From the NCBI GenBank assembly GCA_023229865.1, contig JALNYL010000001.1, forward strand, positions 87,008 to 151,007: DNA of 64,000 nucleotides, written 5' to 3'. Positions 54,865 to 64,000 of the stretch are shown here, piece by piece (positions within the stretch are counted from its first letter, which is position 1; every line of letters begins with the position of its first letter). This DNA is from Minisyncoccota bacterium. GTDB taxonomy: Bacteria > Patescibacteriota > Minisyncoccia > Phycocordibacterales > UBA1550. A program made the translations under genes and the position numbers. A model generated the notes under the pieces. The model was not told where the DNA came from. It did no database searches and saw nothing but the letters and a program-made list of their open reading frames with translations.

Positions 54865-56577
54865 TTATAATGTGGTTTTTGTTAGGGTGTGTAATTCTTT
54901 TGAAATCACTTGGCACTCTGCTAAAAGTTTTTCCGCACGCGACACATCTCCTGCGCTCTCTGCTTGTTTAAGCTCTGCCATCTTTGCGGTAAATTTCTCA
55001 CGCAGAATCTCTTCTTCTAACCCCTTCAATAATTCATTCAACTCTTCCTCTACTCTCTCGCTCCCCTGGAGTCGCGCCTCTGCTTCAAAGATGAGCGCAT
55101 CTCTATCCAGTATCTCGGGTGGGCTCTCCATGAGCTTTGCAAATCGCGCACGATATTCAGAGATATTTTTAAGGGTAGCATCCTTCAAACTTTCTTGCCA
55201 CATAAGTATCCCCAGGGTGGTGCGTGCGATGCGATCCTGACGTGAGAGCGGTGTCGCTGTGCGTTCAAGTGTTTCCACTTTTTGAACAATGCTTGCCATC
55301 CCCGCACGCTTCTTGATCTCGTCCCACACAGCCTCTTCTTTGATCCCGAGGAGTTTCGCAATCTCTCCCGCGTAGTGACCTTGATCAATAGAGCTCTTGA
55401 GAAGCGCAACAAACGGGATGATAACTTCGGAGACTTTTGCACGAAGCTCTGTTTTGTCTTTATGAAGCTCGGGCAAAAGTTCGAGATACAAATCAATCAC
55501 TTGCTTTGCATTCTTCACGGCGCTTACCCAGAGTGCAGGGTCTTTACGCGCTACATCTGCAGGGTCCATCCCTTCTGGCAAACGAGCAATGCGCACCGTA
55601 AGGTCGTGCGAAAGTGCGAGCTCTACAGCACGATGAGCCGCAGCAATCCCCGCACTGTCCGCATCAAACGCAAGAATGATGTTTTTCGTAAAACGATTAA
55701 TCATATCGAGGTGCTCTCCCGTGAGGGCTGTCCCCGATGATGCGACAGTATTGGTGACCCCCGCTTGATGCGAAAGGATGAGATCCATCTGTCCTTCCAC
55801 AAGGACGCACGCATCTTCATGACGAATCGCCTCGCGAGCCTGGGAAAATCCAAAGAGTGCGCGCGACTTATGGAATATTTCCGTTTCCGGGCTATTCACA
55901 TATTTCGCACTTGCCGAAGCGCCAAGCGTCTTCCCTGCTTCTTCCTTGAGGATACGCCCCGAGAACGCGATCACGCGTCCCGAGCTATCCGTAATAGGAA
56001 ACATTACACGTCCGCGGAATCTATCGTAGAAACCTTTGGGTGAACGCACAATGAGTCCCGCACGTTCCATTACGCTTTCGGGAATCCCCTTTTTGGTAAG
56101 GAAGTCACCGAGAGAACGCCACTCGTCAGGAGCGAATCCTACGCGGAAACTTTTTATCGTTTCTTGTGTAAGTCCACGACCCGTGAGGTATGAGACTGCA
56201 TCGGGGAATTTCGGAAGTACCGCTTCGTAAAACTTGGTAGCAAGCTCCATCGTCATAAAGATAGCATCACGCTCATCCTTTGCTCCTGGGCGCTCGCGCT
56301 TGAGCTCTACTCCCGCGCGTTCTGCGAGGATCTTGAGTGCCCCCTGAAAATCGAGCCCCTCTACTTCTTCAACGAACGAGATAATATCACCACCTTTATT
56401 GCAACCAAAACAATGATACGTTTGGCGCGCAGGCGAGATAAAGAACGAAGGGGTGCGCTCGTTGTGGAACGGGCAGCACGCCTTGAAATTCCCCCCAGCT
56501 TTTTCGAGCTTGAGGTATCCGGCTGCGATATCAACAATGTTGAGTCGTGATTTTATATCTTCGATGACAGATGACAT
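54865..56577 (-). CDS. dnaG: DNA primase
   Basis: [11 protein letters not shown]...CFGC zinc finger, [31 protein letters not shown] and FDADSAG. Confidence 0.97.
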   Translation of the reverse strand: MSSVIEDIKSRLNIVDIAAGYLKLEKAGGNFKACCPFHNERTPSFFISPARQTYHCFGCNKGGDIISFVEEVEGLDFQGALKILAERAGVELKRERPGAKDERDAIFMTMELATKFYEAVLPKFPDAVSYLTGRGLTQETIKSFRVGFAPDEWRSLGDFLTKKGIPESVMERAGLIVRSPKGFYDRFRGRVMFPITDSSGRVIAFSGRILKEEAGKTLGASASAKYVNSPETEIFHKSRALFGFSQAREAIRHEDACVLVEGQMDLILSHQAGVTNTVASSGTALTGEHLDMINRFTKNIILAFDADSAGIAAAHRAVELALSHDLTVRIARLPEGMDPADVARKDPALWVSAVKNAKQVIDLYLELLPELHKDKTELRAKVSEVIIPFVALLKSSIDQGHYAGEIAKLLGIKEEAVWDEIKKRAGMASIVQKVETLERTATPLSRQDRIARTTLGILMWQESLKDATLKNISEYRARFAKLMESPPEILDRDALIFEAEARLQGSERVEEELNELLKGLEEEILREKFTAKMAELKQAESAGDVSRAEKLLAECQVISKELHTLTKTTL

Positions 56578-56623
56578 TCGATTTTGTGAAGGTTAGACTC
56601 ATCGAACACGGGCACACAGGAAA

Positions 56624-60256
<3,633 letters not shown>

Positions 60257-60274
60257 AATGATTTAGAATTAGGC

Positions 60275-63200
60275 TTATTTATTCTCTCCTTTTTTCAAGA
60301 GTGAGACATCGAGTGAGAGCCCGCGTAGATAATTGAGGAGCACGTTGAATGATTCTGGAATGTTGGTATTGAGAATGTCATTACCCTTCACGATAGAATC
60401 AAATGCTTCTGAACGTCCGGTGATGTCGTCTGACTTGATCGTGAGCATTTCGCGAAGTACGTTTGACGCACCGTAACCTTCGAGAGCCCACACTTCCATT
60501 TCACCGAAACGCTGTCCTCCACCCTGTGCTTTACCTCCGAGAGGCTGCTGGGTAATGAGAGAGTAAGGCCCGATTGAACGCATGTGAATCTTGTCTTCAA
60601 CCATGTGGTTAAGTTTCAAGATGTACATATAGCCCACCGCGATGTCCTGGTCAAAAGCCTCACCGTTGCGTCCGTCAAAGAGTTTCATCTTTCCGTCTGC
60701 ACGGTAGCCTGCGTTTACGAGTTCACCCTTGATCTCATCTACGGTCGCTCCCATAAATGGAGGAACGATAGCCTGATAGCCAAGTGTGTGCGCTGCGAGA
60801 CCCAAGTGGAGCTCGAGAATCTGTCCGAGGTTCATACGTGAAGGCACACCAAGTGGTGTAAGCACTACGTCGATAGGAGTACCGTCTGCCATGTACGGCA
60901 TGTCTTCTTCTGGAAGAATCACTGAGATAACACCCTTGTTACCGTGACGTCCTGCGAGCTTGTCGCCGACAGAGATGTTACGTACCTGAGCAACCTCAAT
61001 GTGAATACGCTTGATGATACCACTGTCGAGCGCATCACCCTTCTCACGTGAGAATACCTTTACGCCGATAACGCGACCGCGCTTGCCGTGGTCCATACGG
61101 AGTGAAGTGTCCTTCACATCGCGTGCCTTGTCTCCGAAAATCGAACGGAGAAGACGCTCTTCTGGAGTGAGTTCTGTCTCACCCTTTGGTGTAATCTTAC
61201 CAACGAGAATATCTCCTGGGTGTACTTCTGCACCGATACGGATGATACCGTCTTCGTCGAGGTCCTTGAGCTTGAGCTCACCAACGTTTGGAATATCGTG
61301 GGTTGTCACCTCGGGTCCGAGTTTGGTATCACGCACGTTTACCACGAATTCATCCATGTGAATCGATGTGAACTTGCTGTTCTTTACGAGACGCTCTGAA
61401 AGAATGATCGCGTCTTCGTAGTTGCTACCTGCCCATGACATAAATGCCACGAGAGCGTTCTGACCGATCGCAATCTGACCCTTGTCTGATGACGAAGTGT
61501 CTGCGAGTACGGCACCCTTCTTTACCTTGTCGCCTACGTTTACGATAGGACGCTGGTGGAATGCGGTGAAGCCGTTGGTACGTGAGAAGGTCACAAGGTT
61601 GAATGTGTGTTCCTTCTTGTCGCCCTTGAGAACAATCTTCTTTGCATCTGAATGTGTGATGGTTCCCTCTTCTGGAGCGATGATAAGACGACCTGTGTCG
61701 CGTGCTGCCATACCTTCCATACCGGTCGCAACAAGCGGAGCCTCAGGCACGATCACAGGGATCGCCTGCTTCTGCATGTTAGAACCCATGAGTGCGCGGT
61801 TCGCGTTGTCGTGCTCAAGGAATGGAATCATCGATGTTGCCACCGAGTACGCCTGGTTTGCGGCGATATCCATGAAGTGCACGTTTGCACGCTCTACGAG
61901 CTCAGGGTGTCCTGCGCGACGTACTTCTACCTTCTCTTCAACGATCTTGTCGCCATCCATCTTGAGCGATGCGTGCGCGATGTTGTACTGCTCTTCTTCG
62001 AGCGCGTCCATGTACACGATTTCCTTGGTGAGCTTGCCATCCTTTACCTTTACGTAAGGAGTTTCGATCATACCGAAATCATTGATACGAGCGTAGCAAG
62101 AAAGACGGAGAATAAGACCGATGTTTGGACCTTCGGGGGTGTGAATAGGACAAAGACGTCCGTAGTGCGATGTGTGCACGTCACGAACTTCGATACCTGC
62201 ACGCTCACGTGTGAGACCTCCTGGTCCGAGTGCTGAGAAAGTACGAAGTGATTCAATTTCTGAAAGCACGTTGTACTGTGTCATGAACTGTGAGAGCTGG
62301 TTTGTCGCAAAGAATTCCTTGAGACGAGCCTGGAGTGGACGTGGAGAGATGAACTGTACCGGGAGGGTCGCATCGGTGTCGATAGTCGACATACGATCCT
62401 GAATGTTACGCTTCATCTGTGTCATACCTACACGGATCTTCTGCTGGAGCATTTCTCCTACAGAACGAATACGACGAGAACCGAGGTGGTCGATGTCGTC
62501 GGGGAGTGAACGAGGGTCAGCGTTGAGCTTTACAATGTGACCAACGATTGCAGCAACGTCGCTTGCGTCGACAGTGCGACGTGCGATTTCTGCCTTGTCG
62601 AGAGACTTTCCGAAACGCTTGTTGAACTTGAAGCGACCCACTTCTGAGAGGTCATACTTCTCCTTGGCGAAGATTGAGTTCACGAAACCACGAGCGTTTT
62701 CAGCTGTTGCGAGATCACCATCGCGGAGCTTCTTGTGGATTTCAATAAATGACTCATCAGGAGTTGTTGCGGTATCCTTGGCGAGAGTTGCCTCGATAAC
62801 CTTCTTTGCAGCTTCATCCTTTGAGAAGAGCTTCAAGATTGCATCATTGTTCTCGGCGCCGAGTGCGCGGAGGAGCACTGACACAGGGAACTTGCGCTTC
62901 TTGTCGATGCGTACGTATACAGCACCGTCTGGATCTGACTCTACTTCTACCCATGCGCCACGGCCTGGGATGATTTTTGCACCGAAGTAGCGCTTACCCT
63001 TGAGCTCGTCCACAGTGAATGACACACCGAAAGAACGTGAGATCTGAGGAACGACAACACGTTCAACCCCGTTCACGATAAAGGTACCGTGCGAGGTCAT
63101 CATTGGGAAATCAGCCATAAAGATTTCCTGCTCTTTCTCACTCTTAAATGTTTTGTTGATAAGCTTTACGCGCGCCTTGAGAGGAGCTTCGTATGAGAGC

Positions 63201-63430
63201 TTATTTTCTTTTGCAAAATACTCGTCGTACTTTGGCGCTGAAAGTTCAATGCCCACGAATTCGAGTGCAAACTTTTTCCCTGAGTAGTCTTCAATCGGAG
63301 AAAATTCTTTAAATGCTTCTTTGAGTCCTGTTTCGAGGAGCCACTTGTAGGACTTCAGGTGTGTCTCTACCAAGTTTGGCATCTCTACCTGCGGCTTCTT
63401 GTACCGCGCAAAAGTTTTCTGTGGTCGCAT
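60275..63430 (-). CDS. rpoB: RNA polymerase beta subunit
   Basis: FIVNGVERV, SALGPGGL, GDKLAGRHGNKG, GGQRFGEMEVWAL. Confidence 0.99.
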   Translation of the reverse strand: MRPQKTFARYKKPQVEMPNLVETHLKSYKWLLETGLKEAFKEFSPIEDYSGKKFALEFVGIELSAPKYDEYFAKENKLSYEAPLKARVKLINKTFKSEKEQEIFMADFPMMTSHGTFIVNGVERVVVPQISRSFGVSFTVDELKGKRYFGAKIIPGRGAWVEVESDPDGAVYVRIDKKRKFPVSVLLRALGAENNDAILKLFSKDEAAKKVIEATLAKDTATTPDESFIEIHKKLRDGDLATAENARGFVNSIFAKEKYDLSEVGRFKFNKRFGKSLDKAEIARRTVDASDVAAIVGHIVKLNADPRSLPDDIDHLGSRRIRSVGEMLQQKIRVGMTQMKRNIQDRMSTIDTDATLPVQFISPRPLQARLKEFFATNQLSQFMTQYNVLSEIESLRTFSALGPGGLTRERAGIEVRDVHTSHYGRLCPIHTPEGPNIGLILRLSCYARINDFGMIETPYVKVKDGKLTKEIVYMDALEEEQYNIAHASLKMDGDKIVEEKVEVRRAGHPELVERANVHFMDIAANQAYSVATSMIPFLEHDNANRALMGSNMQKQAIPVIVPEAPLVATGMEGMAARDTGRLIIAPEEGTITHSDAKKIVLKGDKKEHTFNLVTFSRTNGFTAFHQRPIVNVGDKVKKGAVLADTSSSDKGQIAIGQNALVAFMSWAGSNYEDAIILSERLVKNSKFTSIHMDEFVVNVRDTKLGPEVTTHDIPNVGELKLKDLDEDGIIRIGAEVHPGDILVGKITPKGETELTPEERLLRSIFGDKARDVKDTSLRMDHGKRGRVIGVKVFSREKGDALDSGIIKRIHIEVAQVRNISVGDKLAGRHGNKGVISVILPEEDMPYMADGTPIDVVLTPLGVPSRMNLGQILELHLGLAAHTLGYQAIVPPFMGATVDEIKGELVNAGYRADGKMKLFDGRNGEAFDQDIAVGYMYILKLNHMVEDKIHMRSIGPYSLITQQPLGGKAQGGGQRFGEMEVWALEGYGASNVLREMLTIKSDDITGRSEAFDSIVKGNDILNTNIPESFNVLLNYLRGLSLDVSLLKKGENK

Positions 63431-63686
63431 ATGGTGATGTGTAACGCGTTAGAAAAGAATCTTCTACCCTTGGCTAAAATAGCAAAAATCAAAAAGGCAC
63501 GGAATATCCACCTTTTTGACTACAATTGGTATCAGAAACTTAATACCCTTAATAAATTGTGACTCTGTCTATCTACGGCGCCAAGTACGCAATCAAATTA
63601 CCGTTAAAACAAGTATACCACACCCAGAAACGCCGTCAATAGGGATTTTGAGCTTATTTTATAAAGGTAGTACAACAGTCAACGTG

Positions 63687-64000
63687 TTATTTAGAAATGA
63701 TGCCAGAATCAACTAACTCCTCTCTGAATTGTTCCAAAAACTTTTCCAAAAATTGGGTTCTCTTTCTTGCCATTTTTTTTGCCAACTCTGTGTGCATTGT
63801 CTTTTCTACAATAAGGAGTCTTCTGTAAAAAAGATCAATCCCCGACCTAAAATCAGTGTGCCCATTTTCGCAAAATGGGTCTTCGGGGGAATAAAACGGT
63901 CTATTCATTTGGCCACTAGATGCAAAAGTTCGCATAATTGATATCGCTCCTGTAGCCTCCAATCTGTCAGCATCTTGAAGACCCTTTGCTTCAATCAAGT
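63687..64000 (-). CDS. HD-domain phosphohydrolase (YedJ-like), C-terminal part; 5' end outside the window
   Basis: LQDADRLEATGAISIMRTF and MHTELAKKMARKRT motifs. Confidence 0.8.
   Translation of the reverse strand, partial: LIEAKGLQDADRLEATGAISIMRTFASSGQMNRPFYSPEDPFCENGHTDFRSGIDLFYRRLLIVEKTMHTELAKKMARKRTQFLEKFLEQFREELVDSGIISK

Noticed and set aside
54522-54971. Plus-strand ORF with FLGAT repeats
   Set aside because: It is the antisense shadow of the RpoD KKVAP tail.

Overview
Bacterial chromosomal DNA that looks like Patescibacteria (CPR, Parcubacteria-like). This is inferred from the compact RpoB/RpoC, core genes without Shine-Dalgarno sites, CPR-style pilins, cohesin/dockerin surface proteins and the lack of a secretin in the pilus locus. 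From left to right: (1) 1-3.9 kb accessory island with a histidine phosphatase, a ClpP-like protease, four Cys/His zinc-finger microproteins and a calcineurin-like metallophosphoesterase bracketed by two related long palindromes. (2) A cold-shock gene, two PAS/GAF histidine kinases and a single-domain response regulator. (3) A 1467-aa repeat adhesin with a C-terminal dockerin next to a membrane-anchored cohesin protein. (4) A SET-domain protein, an HI0933-family flavoprotein, an output-less PAS sensor, a P1B ATPase with an atypical CADD motif and a MacAB-type exporter. (5) A ~21 kb type IV pilus region (26.6-47.6 kb) containing a serine hydrolase, a 1248-aa adhesin, two major pilins and a kinase/oxidoreductase/PAS/regulator operon. 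(6) An FAD oxidase, znuABC, engB, a DsbA-family gene, then rpoD, dnaG, rpoC, rpoB and a partial HD-domain gene. I saw no rRNA, tRNA, CRISPR array, transposase or integrase. The best candidates for undescribed biology are the ClpP/zinc-microprotein/palindrome-bracketed phosphoesterase island, output-less sensors ending in a shared (G/D)RE-x-(K/R)M-x-ELK helix, heptamer repeats inside prepilin leader peptides, DnaA-box-like motifs phased upstream of pilus promoters, and a modular adhesin display system. All family assignments come from motifs read by eye; no database searches were run.
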